This document shows positions 29,376 through 38,945 of a stretch of DNA of 64,000 nucleotides, piece by piece. Position 1 is the first letter of the stretch. Each line of letters opens with the position of its first letter. Position numbers and translations under genes: made by a program. Source of the DNA: Pseudomonadales bacterium (GTDB lineage: Bacteria; Pseudomonadota; Gammaproteobacteria; Pseudomonadales; Azotimanducaceae); assembly GCA_963668365.1 (NCBI GenBank), contig OY764266.1, forward strand, positions 1,646,037 through 1,710,036, written 5' to 3'. A model generated the notes under the pieces. It saw only the letters and a program-made list of their open reading frames with translations. It was not told the DNA's origin and did no database searches.

Positions 29376-30494
29376 ATGACTACCCGATATCCAGGTTCGA
29401 ACCTGGAGAACCTCAAGAAGCAGGCAAAGTCACTGCTGAAGTCTGTCCGGGACAACGACCGGGCCGCGCTCGAGCGCGTCGCGCCGTACGTCAAGGACAG
29501 AGCGAACTTCAAACTCAATGATGCCCAACTCGTCATTGCGCGCGAACTCGGCTACGCGAGTTGGGCCAGGCTCAAGACGTTCCTCGTGGAATCCGTTGGC
29601 GCATTCGTCGCCGCGGCCAACAACGGCGACATCGACGTCGCAAGAGCGATGCTGGCCCGAGAGCCACACCTGGCCCAGGCGCCAAGGGCGCTTTTTCGTG
29701 CAGCCGCAATGGGCAAGATCGACATGGTTCGCCTGCTCGTCGAGCATGGCGCCGATGTAAACGCCGCGACGGCAGAAGACATTTCCTACGTCGGCACTCC
29801 GCTGCTCGCGACGACCGAAATGCTGAACGAAGCGCCGGACACGGTCGCGCTGCTGCTTGAACTCGGCGCCGACCCCAATCTCGAAGCGGGCGGTGAGACG
29901 CCGCTTCGTATGGCCATGGGGACATATGCGCGCAAGCCCGACAAGCATGCGGTCATCGAGTTGCTGCTCGACGCCGGCGCGACGCACGATCAGCCCGAGG
30001 CGGTCATGGCGATCCAGCGCGGCCGTATCGATCTGCTGACGGCGCTGCTCGATGCGGACCCGCAGCTCGTGCATCGGCGCTTCGAAGAGGTCGACTGCCT
30101 GTGGCTCCCGTTCAACCGTCCCGGGCCAACACTGCTGCACATCGCCGCGGATTACAATGAGGTCGAGATGGGGCGACTGCTGTTGTCACGCGGCGCTGAT
30201 ATCAACGCACGCGCCGGGGGCAGCCACGGCCAGAGCCCGATCTTTCACACCGTCGCATCCTGGTCGGCAATCTCGCCGGGTGGCCACTGCTTGCCGTTTC
30301 TCGAACTGTTGCTGGCGCACGGTGCGGACCTGGCGCTGCGCGCCAGCGTGCAGTTCGAGACCCTGGGCGCATCCAACTGCGAGGGACAAGTGCGCGACGT
30401 CACACCGCTCGAATTCGCCCTGGCATTCGCCGATGGACCGGAATGGCGAAACAGCCAGCCAGCAGTTGTGCTGCTTCAACAGCAGGAGGTATAG
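29376..30494 (+). CDS. ankyrin-repeat protein
   Basis: Five or more ANK-like repeats (G.TPL..A...G....V..LLE.GAD.N). AAAGGAGG RBS 5 nt upstream of the ATG. Confidence 0.75.
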   Translation: MTTRYPGSNLENLKKQAKSLLKSVRDNDRAALERVAPYVKDRANFKLNDAQLVIARELGYASWARLKTFLVESVGAFVAAANNGDIDVARAMLAREPHLAQAPRALFRAAAMGKIDMVRLLVEHGADVNAATAEDISYVGTPLLATTEMLNEAPDTVALLLELGADPNLEAGGETPLRMAMGTYARKPDKHAVIELLLDAGATHDQPEAVMAIQRGRIDLLTALLDADPQLVHRRFEEVDCLWLPFNRPGPTLLHIAADYNEVEMGRLLLSRGADINARAGGSHGQSPIFHTVASWSAISPGGHCLPFLELLLAHGADLALRASVQFETLGASNCEGQVRDVTPLEFALAFADGPEWRNSQPAVVLLQQQEV

Positions 30495-31015
30495 AAGGAC
30501 CAATGGCAAGAGAAGAATGGCAAGAATGGCAAGTGAGTGAGTGTTGACAAGCCGTGAGCGGCCCCTATACTCGCGCGCCTCCCATCGGGACAAGCGGATT
30601 TTGGGGAACGTGAATTCATTGATTCTGGCAACAGCAAAGCGTCCTCTCGGCGCCCATTTGCCGAGTGCGTCGCTACCGTCGCAGTCCATCGACTGCGGCG
30701 GTGCGCGTGCGTGCGAGGACGAAACCACGGTGCGTTGACTTTCCTTGAAGTAGTTCCTGGAAGGCGGCGCTTTCGACCTTCCAGGGAAGAGAGCCCTGGT
30801 CGGTTATCGAACAGGGCTTTTTTTATGGCTTGACGAAACATCTGGATCGCGCCGCGCCGGGTTTCCGGTGCGGCGAGGGCCGAGGCGAATGCCTCGTCCG
30901 ACCTGGGGTTGGGCGGCGTGCGGCGTTCTGATGGCGCGGGTTCTCGAATCCCGCCCGGCGCACTCACGCTACCCATCGCACGGTGTGTACCGAGCGGTCT
31001 GTGCGCACCCAACCT

Positions 31016-31088
31016 GTGGAATTGGCTCAATAGGTAGAGCACCGGTTTTGGGAACTGGGCGTTGCCGGTTCGATTCCGGCATTCCAAT
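31016..31088 (+). tRNA. tRNA-Pro (anticodon TGG)
   Basis: D-arm GCTCAATAGGTAGAGC. Anticodon stem-loop CCGGT/TTTGGGA/ACTGG with TGG at 34-36 and G37. T-arm GCCGGTTCGATTCCGGC. 73 nt, CCA not encoded. Position 1:72 is a G:A mismatch, which lowers confidence. Confidence 0.65.
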
Positions 31089-31432
31089 TGTCGACTTCCT
31101 TCAAAGAGGTCACACGGCTGATAGCCGTGCATATCGCTGGTAACGGGCGTTATTCGTTACACGGGCGCCCGCTCCCGGTGCCTGCCCTTGAATGGCAGGC
31201 GCGGCAACGAGGGAGCCGACGGGTGGGCTGGCTTGGCTCCTGCCGAGCCAGCGGCAGTCGTATCCGGCGGATCGCCCGCGAGGCGTCGCTTGAACGCTTC
31301 ATCCCTCTCGAGGGACTTGAGGCGAGAGAGCGTCGCCCGCGCGCGGTACGTCCGATGCGTCGGCACCATCGGTCCGCGACGGTGTTGTGGGAGCGGGCGC
31401 ATTTTTTTGGAGAGAGAAGAGGAGGGCAGGCC

Positions 31433-32569
31433 ATGTTGTTTGTTCAGAAATTCATCGTGCTGAAGCACGAACGCGGACTCCTGTTCAAGGACGGAGACTT
31501 CATCCGTTTTCTTGAACCGGGTACGTACCGCTTTCGCGGGCTTCGCCGACGCTACAACGTAGAGCGTTTCGACCTGGCGGAGCCGATGTTCGCGCACCGG
31601 CTCGTCGACTACCTGGTCGAGGCCGAGCGCGCGGACATCGATCGGTTGTTCACGCTGGTCGAAACGGATGCCAGCGAAGTGGCGGTCGTATACCAGAACG
31701 CGCGCATCGCCGAGGTCATCGGTCCGGCGGAGCGAAGGCTCTACTGGAAGGGTCCGGTGGAGACGCGCGTGGACCGGTTCGACCTGGACGCGGGACTCGC
31801 ACTTGACGCGAAGCTCGCCCGGGAACTCGCATCCTTGAGCCCTCTTCGAGGATTGGGCCAGTACGGCGTTCATACGCGCGAGGTGCCGGACGGGCACGTC
31901 GGGCTGCTGTATGTCGACGGCAAGCTGACCGGTTCGCTGGAGCCGGGCGCGCACGCGTTCTGGACATACGGACCCGCCGTGAAGGTCGAGGTCGTGGACC
32001 TGCGCGTGAAGACGCTGGACGTGCAGGGTCAGGAAATCCTGACCCGAGACAAGGTCAGCCTGCGCGTCAACCTGACGGCGACCTACCGGTTCGTGGACGC
32101 GGAAAAGGCCGTGCGCGCGGCGAAGGATCCGCTGGATCACCTGTACAAGGAGATCCAGTTCGGTCTGCGTGCCGCCGTCGGCACGCGCACGCTCGATGCG
32201 TTGCTGGAGGACAAGTCGGTGATCGACCGGATTGTCGCCGAGCGCGTCGGCGAACGCTTCGCCGAGATCGGCATCGCCGTCGAAAGCGTCGGCGTCAAGG
32301 ACATCATTTTGCCGGGCGACATGAAAGACCTGCTCGGCAAGGTGGTGGAAGCCGAGAAAGCGGCGCAGGCCAACGTGATCCGACGTCGCGAGGAAACCAA
32401 CGCGACGCGGTCGCTGCTCAACACGGCCAAGGTCATGGAGAACAACGCCGTGGCGCTGCGGCTGAAAGAGCTGGAGACGCTGGAAAAGGTCACCGAGAAG
32501 GTCGGCAACCTGTCGGTCTACGGCGGCCTGGACAGCGTGCTGAACGAACTGGTTCGCCTGAAGCAGTGA
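31433..32569 (+). CDS. SPFH/band-7 (slipin-like) domain protein
   Basis: SPFH core (VSLRVNLTATYRFVDAEKAV...LYKEIQFGLRAAVGTRTLDALLEDK...) and a C-terminal coiled coil. ATG 31433 with an AGGAGGG RBS. The ORF-track start 31088 is TTG inside the tRNA flank. Confidence 0.75.
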   Translation: MLFVQKFIVLKHERGLLFKDGDFIRFLEPGTYRFRGLRRRYNVERFDLAEPMFAHRLVDYLVEAERADIDRLFTLVETDASEVAVVYQNARIAEVIGPAERRLYWKGPVETRVDRFDLDAGLALDAKLARELASLSPLRGLGQYGVHTREVPDGHVGLLYVDGKLTGSLEPGAHAFWTYGPAVKVEVVDLRVKTLDVQGQEILTRDKVSLRVNLTATYRFVDAEKAVRAAKDPLDHLYKEIQFGLRAAVGTRTLDALLEDKSVIDRIVAERVGERFAEIGIAVESVGVKDIILPGDMKDLLGKVVEAEKAAQANVIRRREETNATRSLLNTAKVMENNAVALRLKELETLEKVTEKVGNLSVYGGLDSVLNELVRLKQ

Positions 32570-32662
32570 GTTCACGCTGGGGGAGCGGGCGGATGCCGCC
32601 TGCTCCCCCTTTTTTCTGTTGACGGGCAATGACGAAAGTGACTCTGTTGACAGGAGCGGCCG

Positions 32663-32791
32663 GTGTCGCCGACTAGCAAGAAATACACGGAAGATCTCGA
32701 TCCGGTCCGGTTCGGTTCGGTTCGGTTCGGTTCGGTTCGGGGCGATGCTCGACGGGAACGGACGGGAACGGGCTTCCTAACGCCATCGTGA
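32663..32791 (+). CDS. short ORF: duplicated 5' fragment of the 33250 gene fused to a (GGTTC)n-encoded repeat
   Basis: GTG 32663 with an AGGAG RBS. Encodes SPTSKKYTEDLDPVRF (compare MPKPTRKKYIEDLDPVEF at 33250, about 80% nt identity over 45 nt), then FGSVRFGSVR encoded by the microsatellite. Confidence 0.3.
   Translation: MSPTSKKYTEDLDPVRFGSVRFGSVRGDARRERTGTGFLTPS
32704..32770. repeat. pentanucleotide microsatellite (GGTTC)x6 preceded by GGTCC (32704-32738) and an adjacent 10-mer x2 GACGGGAACG (32751-32770)
   Basis: Read directly from the sequence. Unit count cross-checked against ORF-track frame positions 32788 and 32855. Confidence 0.8.
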
Positions 32792-32854
32792 CGCGGCACA
32801 CTTGCGCCCGGCAAGTCTCAAGGTCACCGTTGGAGGATCCAACAAGGAGTACCC

Positions 32855-33220
32855 ATGCCCGACTACGACGGCACGATCACCCTTTCCATCCCCGTGCAGG
32901 ATCTCGATGCATCACTGGCATGGTTCTCCGACAAGCTGGGCTTCCAGGAAATGTTCAAGGTCGCCGAAGCTGGCTGGGCTGAGGTAAGCACACCCGCCGA
33001 GGGCGTCACCATCGGCCTCAACCAGGGCGCTGAGGGGACCGGCGGTGCGACGCCCGTGTTCGGGGTCGAAGACATCGACGCCGCGCGCGCCGAACTTGAG
33101 GCCAAAGGCGTGCAGTTCGAAGGCGAAACGATTGAGCTTCCCGGCATGGTCAAGCTGGCGACGTTCCTCGACCCGAACGGCAATCGCTACATGTTCGCCC
33201 AATCGCTGATGGACGGATAA
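32855..33220 (+). CDS. VOC family protein (glyoxalase/bleomycin-resistance fold)
   Basis: 121 aa with beta-alpha-beta-beta-beta modules (LSIPVQDLDASLAWFSDKLGF... and LATFLDPNGNRYMF). AAGGAG RBS. Confidence 0.7.
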   Translation: MPDYDGTITLSIPVQDLDASLAWFSDKLGFQEMFKVAEAGWAEVSTPAEGVTIGLNQGAEGTGGATPVFGVEDIDAARAELEAKGVQFEGETIELPGMVKLATFLDPNGNRYMFAQSLMDG

Positions 33221-33249
33221 GCCGCGACGCTCGGATTGGGGGACAGTCG

Positions 33250-33510
33250 ATGCCGAAGCCGACCAGGAAGAAGTACATCGAGGATCTTGATCCGGTCGAG
33301 TTCATGGCGGTCCTGGACGAGGGTGGCCGCAAATTCAACGAGGAATGCGACCGGTTGGGGATATCGCGCGTGATCGAGATCGATGGCGAGACCGTGCTTT
33401 ATCACCCCGACGGGTCGTACACGCCGATGCCGGACCCGGATGATCGAGAAGCCGTCCTGGCCCTGTTCCGGCAGTACAAGGTCTCGCTGGATGGCGTTCG
33501 ATACCACTGA
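33250..33510 (+). CDS. small hypothetical protein, putative antitoxin partner of the downstream zeta-like gene
   Basis: 86 aa. Overlaps the start of the P-loop gene by 20 nt. No recognised family. Confidence 0.4.
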   Translation: MPKPTRKKYIEDLDPVEFMAVLDEGGRKFNEECDRLGISRVIEIDGETVLYHPDGSYTPMPDPDDREAVLALFRQYKVSLDGVRYH

Positions 33511-34198
33511 CCGGCCGCGCTTCACCCTGTTTGCGGGCCCGAACGGGTCGGGCAAGACCACGGCGTACCGCCGCTTTCTGGATGCGGGCTATGAGGCCGG
33601 CGAATACCTGAATGCGGACGATATCGCGAGACGGTTGGCGGCGACCTAGAGCCAGACCGCGGCGGAAGTGCGGGCTGGACGAGAAGTGATCCGGCGTACG
33701 CGATCCCTGATCGCGGCCCGAAAGCCGTTCGTGCGGGAAACCACGCTGTCGAGCCAGGAGATCCTTCGCAGCGTTTCCTCCGCGCGTGCGGCGGGCTTTC
33801 GTATCGTCGTGGTGTTCATCGGCATCCAGTCGACAAAGACAGCCAGGAGCCGAGTCACGTTTCGCGTCGCATCGGGAGGTCACGACATTTCGCGACAGGC
33901 CCAGGAAAAGCGGCTTCCCCGTTCGTTGGAAAACGCGCGCCGAGTCGCCGGCATCGCTGACGTTGTCTACTTCCTGGACAACTCGGGGCAGCAGCACAAA
34001 CTGGTGGCGACCGTGTGCGAGGGCACGATCACTTTTCTGGATCATTCGCAGGCCGATTGGCTGGATCGGGCGATAGCGGGTTTGCCACGAGCGCCGTCAC
34101 TCGTCTCGCGGGACGAGGCCCTGAAACGGTTGCGCGAGGCGGAGAGATTGTCTGACAGCCTGCGCGTCAGGGAGGGCGAGACCACCTGCTCGGCTTGA
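33491..34198 (+). pseudogene. zeta-toxin-like P-loop kinase/ATPase gene with an in-frame TAG after codon 52
   Basis: Walker A FTLFAGPNGSGKTTAYRRF at the N-terminus and a GGHDISRQ downstream motif. The same frame is interrupted by TAG at 33647-33649 and continues from 33668. Confidence 0.5.
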
Positions 34199-34395
34199 TC
34201 TCAAGGGGCGAGTGCGGATCGCCGCTCCACCTTTGCGTGGCCCTGGCTGGCAGCTCGGAATGAACGTCTCCCGCTTTTTGCGGATTTCCTGCACTTTCCG
34301 GTTAATGTGCTCCCCTACCATTTGTTCGTCTGCAGCGAAACGTGGAGTTGTCCGTGGGCGTGGAAGAGTCCGAGTCGCCTCCCTCAACCAAGAGC

Positions 34396-35763
34396 ATGCG
34401 GGGTATTGGACTCAATCCGCGCTCCGTTTCACTGCGGTTCGTCGTCGTCGCCCTCCTCATAGGCGCGTCGATGATTCCGCTCGGGCTCGTGCGGTGCACT
34501 GTTCAAGATCGGGAGCTTTATCGCGACGAGGCGGTCGAGGACATTGCCCATTCCTGGGGCCAGGCGCAGCGCATCGTCGGTCCCATTTTGCTCATTCCTA
34601 TCGCTGATGGCCCGAGCGAACGTCGCGAGGTCGGCAAGAAAGTGGTGTCTTCAGAGCGGGTAGACATCCGCATCGTTGACGACAGCCGAAGCGAGCGTCG
34701 CGAGGAGTACGTCGCGGTGATGCCCGAGCACATGAATCTCCGAATTGAGACCGGTTACGAGATGCGTCGGCGAGGGATCTTCGGGGTTCCCGCATTCAGT
34801 CTGGCCATCGTTGCAGAGGGAGCGTTCGCGCCCCTCGATGTGGAAGAACTCCGCAACCGGAACGGTGATCTGCGCCTGGACCTCGCCTCGATCGGCATCG
34901 GCATATCCGATCCGCGCGGGATTCGCGATGCGACCCTCGTGTGGCGCGATGGCAAGGTGGACTTGACTGCCGCTTCAGGTGGAGGGCCAGTCAGGAGCGG
35001 CCTGAACGGTGAATTGGGGGATGCCGCGGTGCCTGGCGGTGACTTTTCCCTCTCGCTCGACATGCGGGGCACGAGTCGGTTCTCGGCGGTGCCGGTGGGT
35101 GACCGCTCGACGGTGGCAATGAAATCGACGTGGCCGCACCCAAGTTTCGATGGCCGCGTGCTGCCGGATAAGCACGACATCAGTGACGATGGTTTCACGG
35201 CCTCCTGGACCATGCGCGACCTGGCGCGCGGATTCCCCGGGGTGATGCGCGTTACGTCGATTAGCGGAGACTACTTCAAGGAGAAGGACGTGGGTTTCAC
35301 CGTCTTCGAGCCCGTCGACCTGTACAGCAGCGTTGCCCGGAGCATCAAGTATGGTGTGCTGTTCGTGGTATTGACCCTGGTGAGCGTGCTCTGCCTCGAG
35401 TTGGCGACCGGCATTCGATTTCACTTCGTGCAGTACGGCGTGACGAGCGTTGCCCTGGTGATCTTTTTCCTGACGCTACTGGCGCTTGCGGAACACATCG
35501 GGTTTACGCTGGGCTATGTTGCGGCGGCCGTCTTGCTCACCGGCATGATCAGTTGGTATGCGTTTGGTTCGACGGGCAACCGACGGCTCGCACTTGCGGC
35601 GTTCGGCTCGCTCGCGGCCTTGTACGCCGTGCTCTACACGCTCCTGCGATTGGAGTCCTTTGCGCTCCTTGTCGGAGCAGCGGTGCTGCTTGCGGCCCTG
35701 GCGATGCTCATGCGCGTGACGCGCGGGCTGACGCCGACTGCCGAAGCAGAAGCGCCCGATTAA
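34396..35763 (+). CDS. creD: cell envelope integrity protein CreD
   Basis: N-terminal TM, large periplasmic domain, C-terminal cluster of TM helices (YGVLFVVLTLVSVLCLE...). Start at ATG 34396 matches the CreD N-terminus. Confidence 0.7.
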   Translation: MRGIGLNPRSVSLRFVVVALLIGASMIPLGLVRCTVQDRELYRDEAVEDIAHSWGQAQRIVGPILLIPIADGPSERREVGKKVVSSERVDIRIVDDSRSERREEYVAVMPEHMNLRIETGYEMRRRGIFGVPAFSLAIVAEGAFAPLDVEELRNRNGDLRLDLASIGIGISDPRGIRDATLVWRDGKVDLTAASGGGPVRSGLNGELGDAAVPGGDFSLSLDMRGTSRFSAVPVGDRSTVAMKSTWPHPSFDGRVLPDKHDISDDGFTASWTMRDLARGFPGVMRVTSISGDYFKEKDVGFTVFEPVDLYSSVARSIKYGVLFVVLTLVSVLCLELATGIRFHFVQYGVTSVALVIFFLTLLALAEHIGFTLGYVAAAVLLTGMISWYAFGSTGNRRLALAAFGSLAALYAVLYTLLRLESFALLVGAAVLLAALAMLMRVTRGLTPTAEAEAPD

Positions 35764-35775
35764 CGGATCGCCGTA

Positions 35776-36966
35776 TCAGATCGCCTTCGCTTCGCGCAGG
35801 GCGGAGATTTCCGCGTTGGTAAGGCCGGCTTCCCGCAGCACCTCATCCGTGTGCTCGCCGAGTTCGGGCACGGCGGCGTTCGGTTCCAGGGGCGTCTCGC
35901 TCATGCGGATAGGCGTTGCCACGATCCCGCGGCTGTCGCCGTCACTGTCCGGCGCTTCCGTGAAATAGCCGTTTTCCCAGGTGCCGGGATCGGCCAGCGC
36001 CTGTCGATGGTCGCGCACCGGGGCGTACCGAACGCCGGTGTCACGCAGGGCGTCGCACCACGCGTCGGTAGTCCGGGTCCTGAACACCTGCGCCAGTTCT
36101 TCACGCAGCCAGGTATGAACCTCCGGCGTCATTTCCCTGTCCCGCAGACGCTCGTCGACGGTCAGGTCGGGGCGTTCGAGGGCGATGAAGAACGCGTCCT
36201 TTTCGCGGCCACGCACCCCGACGATGGCGATCCAGCCATCGGCCGTCGGGAAGAGGTCGTAGATGGTCCTGATCATCGGATGACCGAGGTTCGCGCGGCC
36301 GGCGACCCGATCGGTCAGCATGAGATGGGTGTATTCGGCGGCTTGCGCCCATATCTGTCCCCCGAGAAGCGACACGTCAACCTGTTGCCCGCGGCTGGTG
36401 TGGTTCCTGTGGTGCAGCGCCGACAGGATTCCCGCGACCATGTTCAGCGAGGCGATGTGATCGGCGATGAAGATGGCGACGGGAGACGCCGGATCGCCGT
36501 CGCGTCCCGTGGTGCTCACCAGTCCGCCGGCGGCTTGCGCCGCGAGGTCTGCACCCTGGCGCGCAGCGTCGGGTCCCAATGATCCGAAAGTGCTTCCCTG
36601 GGCACAGATGATGCGCGGATTGACGGCGGCGAGATCGTCCTGGCCGAGTCCCCACTTTTCCATGGTGCCGGGTGTGAAATTGGTGATCACCACATCGGCG
36701 TCTCGAACTAGGCGCTTGAAGACCCCGGCACCCTCGGGATGGCCGAGGTTCAGGGAAACGCCGCGTTTGCCGCGGTTGCAGGCGCTGAAGACGGCACTGC
36801 GCGGATCGCCCGGCTCGACCTTGATGTTGCGACTGTGGTCGCCGTACCCGGGGAGTTCGATCTTGATGACATCGGCGCCCATGTCGCCCAGCAGGAGCGA
36901 TGCCTGGGGCCCCTGTATCAACAGGCCCGCCTCGAGTACCCGAATGCCGTCTAGTGGCCCTGCCAC
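35776..36966 (-). CDS. CoA transferase, family III (CaiB/BaiF)
   Basis: [37 protein letters not shown]... and the conserved Asp region. Confidence 0.8.
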   Translation of the reverse strand: MAGPLDGIRVLEAGLLIQGPQASLLLGDMGADVIKIELPGYGDHSRNIKVEPGDPRSAVFSACNRGKRGVSLNLGHPEGAGVFKRLVRDADVVITNFTPGTMEKWGLGQDDLAAVNPRIICAQGSTFGSLGPDAARQGADLAAQAAGGLVSTTGRDGDPASPVAIFIADHIASLNMVAGILSALHHRNHTSRGQQVDVSLLGGQIWAQAAEYTHLMLTDRVAGRANLGHPMIRTIYDLFPTADGWIAIVGVRGREKDAFFIALERPDLTVDERLRDREMTPEVHTWLREELAQVFRTRTTDAWCDALRDTGVRYAPVRDHRQALADPGTWENGYFTEAPDSDGDSRGIVATPIRMSETPLEPNAAVPELGEHTDEVLREAGLTNAEISALREAKAI

Positions 36967-38828
36967 GATTGCTCCTCCCGTATCTCTCCTTGCGCGGAAC
37001 TCCCCGGGGCGCCTGCGGGCTCAGGGTTCTCCTCTCCGCGCAGGGCGTCGAGAAATGCCGCGCCGTAGCGCTCAAGTTTAGCTTGGCCGACGCCGTGTAT
37101 GGCCAGCATCTCCTCGAGGGAGACCGGACGCCGATGCAGCATCTCCTTCAGCGTGGCGTCGTGGAAGATCACGTAGGGCGGCACGCCCGCCTCCTCCGCC
37201 AGGTCCCGACGGCACTGCCGAAGCGTTTCCCACAGGCCCTGGTCCTTTGGATCGACTTCGAATACTTCCCGCCGGCTGACGGTCCGGGCACGGGCTTTGA
37301 CGGATGCATCCTTGCGTAGCCGCACGGTCCTTTCGCCGCGCAGCACGCCCCTGGCGTCGGCCGTCAGACGCAGCGCCCCGAAGCGCGCGTCGTCGGCGCG
37401 CACGAATCCCTGGACCATGAGCTGGCGCACGAACGAGCGCCACTCGGTGACCGACAGGTCGGCCCCGATACCGTAGGTGCTCAACCGTTCGTGCCCCCAC
37501 TGGCGAATCTTCTCCGTGTCTTTGCCGCGCAGGACGTCGATCACGTGGCCCGCGCCGAAGCGCTGGCCCGTGCGATAGATGGCGGAGAGGAGCTTCTGCG
37601 CCGCAGTGGTGCCGTCCTGCGTTTCGGGCGGCGTCAGGCATACGTCGCAGTTGCCGCAGTCCTCGGGGAGATCGTCGCCGAAGTGCCGAAGCAGCGCGCG
37701 GCGTCGGCAGGTCGTCACCTCGCACCAGCCGAGAAGGGCGTCGAGCTTGCCGCGATCGATCCGCTTGTGCTGATCGTCGGCCTCGGACATGTCTACCATC
37801 TGGCGCATTCGAACCACGTCCTGAAGGCCGTAGACCATCCATGCCTCCGCCGGGTCGCCGTCGCGCCCGGCCCGGCCGGTCTCCTGGTAGTAGGCCTCGA
37901 CGCTCTTCGGCAGGTCGACGTGGGCGACGAAACGGACATCGGGCTTGTCGATGCCCATGCCGAACGCGATGGTGGCGACGACGATCACGCCGTCTTCGCG
38001 CAGGAACCGGCCCTGAGATGCGGCGCGGACGTCGCCGGGCAAGCCGGCATGGTAGGGCAGCGCGGTGAACCCGCGCGCGTTCAGCATTTCCGCGATCGAT
38101 TCCGTTTTCTTGCGCGTCATCGCGTAGACGATTCCCGCTTCGCCTCGGCGCTCTTCGAGAAAGGCGCGCAGCTGGGCGTTGGCGTCGGTCTTCGCGCGCA
38201 CGGTGTAGCGGATGTTGGGCCGGTCGAAACCGCTGACAAAGCGCTCGGCCCCAGAGTCGAACGCGAGCTTCGCCAGGATGTCGTCGCGCGTGGTGGCGTC
38301 CGCCGTGGCCGTCAGCGCCATGCGCGGAACGCCCGGGAACCGGTCGCGCAATACGTCGAGACCGAGATAGTCCTGGCGGAAGTCGTGGCCCCATTGCGAT
38401 ACGCAGTGGGCCTCGTCGATGGCGATCAGGGACAGGTCGACGCCCGCGAGAAGAGACAATGTGTCCTCCTGCAGCAGACGCTCCGGCGCGAGATACAGCA
38501 AGTCTAGCGCACCGGCCCGCACTGCTTCGATGATGCGCCACTGCTCGTCGTGCGCGAGGGTCGAATTCAGGAACGCGGCGCGCACGCCGAGTTGCCGCAG
38601 GGCTCCGACCTGGTCCTGCATCAACGCGATGAGCGGCGAGACGACGACACCGGTTCCCGGCCGAATGATGGAGGGCAACTGGTAGCACAGGGACTTGCCG
38701 GCGCCCGTGGGCATGACGACCAGGGTGTCGCGGCCCGCGAGCGCGGCGGCGAGGACCTCTTCCTGGGCGTCGCGAAAGTCGGTATAGCCGTAGATCTCCC
38801 GCAGCAGGTCGCGCGCGTGCTGGATCAT
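36951..38828 (-). CDS. recQ: ATP-dependent DNA helicase RecQ
   Basis: DEAH helicase motifs ([30 protein letters not shown]), Zn-binding Cys cluster, RQC and C-terminal HRDC. Start at ATG 38828. Overlaps the CoA-transferase gene by 16 nt. Confidence 0.9.
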   Translation of the reverse strand: MIQHARDLLREIYGYTDFRDAQEEVLAAALAGRDTLVVMPTGAGKSLCYQLPSIIRPGTGVVVSPLIALMQDQVGALRQLGVRAAFLNSTLAHDEQWRIIEAVRAGALDLLYLAPERLLQEDTLSLLAGVDLSLIAIDEAHCVSQWGHDFRQDYLGLDVLRDRFPGVPRMALTATADATTRDDILAKLAFDSGAERFVSGFDRPNIRYTVRAKTDANAQLRAFLEERRGEAGIVYAMTRKKTESIAEMLNARGFTALPYHAGLPGDVRAASQGRFLREDGVIVVATIAFGMGIDKPDVRFVAHVDLPKSVEAYYQETGRAGRDGDPAEAWMVYGLQDVVRMRQMVDMSEADDQHKRIDRGKLDALLGWCEVTTCRRRALLRHFGDDLPEDCGNCDVCLTPPETQDGTTAAQKLLSAIYRTGQRFGAGHVIDVLRGKDTEKIRQWGHERLSTYGIGADLSVTEWRSFVRQLMVQGFVRADDARFGALRLTADARGVLRGERTVRLRKDASVKARARTVSRREVFEVDPKDQGLWETLRQCRRDLAEEAGVPPYVIFHDATLKEMLHRRPVSLEEMLAIHGVGQAKLERYGAAFLDALRGEENPEPAGAPGSSAQGEIREEQSWQGH

Positions 38829-38945
38829 GCGCGTTCCCGTGTGTGTTCCATTGGGTCCGAGAGTTCCTTCGCTCCGCTCACTCGGCGGAATGCAAATCGC
38901 GTATTCGCCCATGGTCTTCCAGCTTGTCCGACGCGGCTTGGGCGA

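Noticed and set aside
37078-38688. Minus ORF 37078-38688 (536 aa) and + ORF 37491-38507
   Set aside because: Alternative or antisense frames of recQ.
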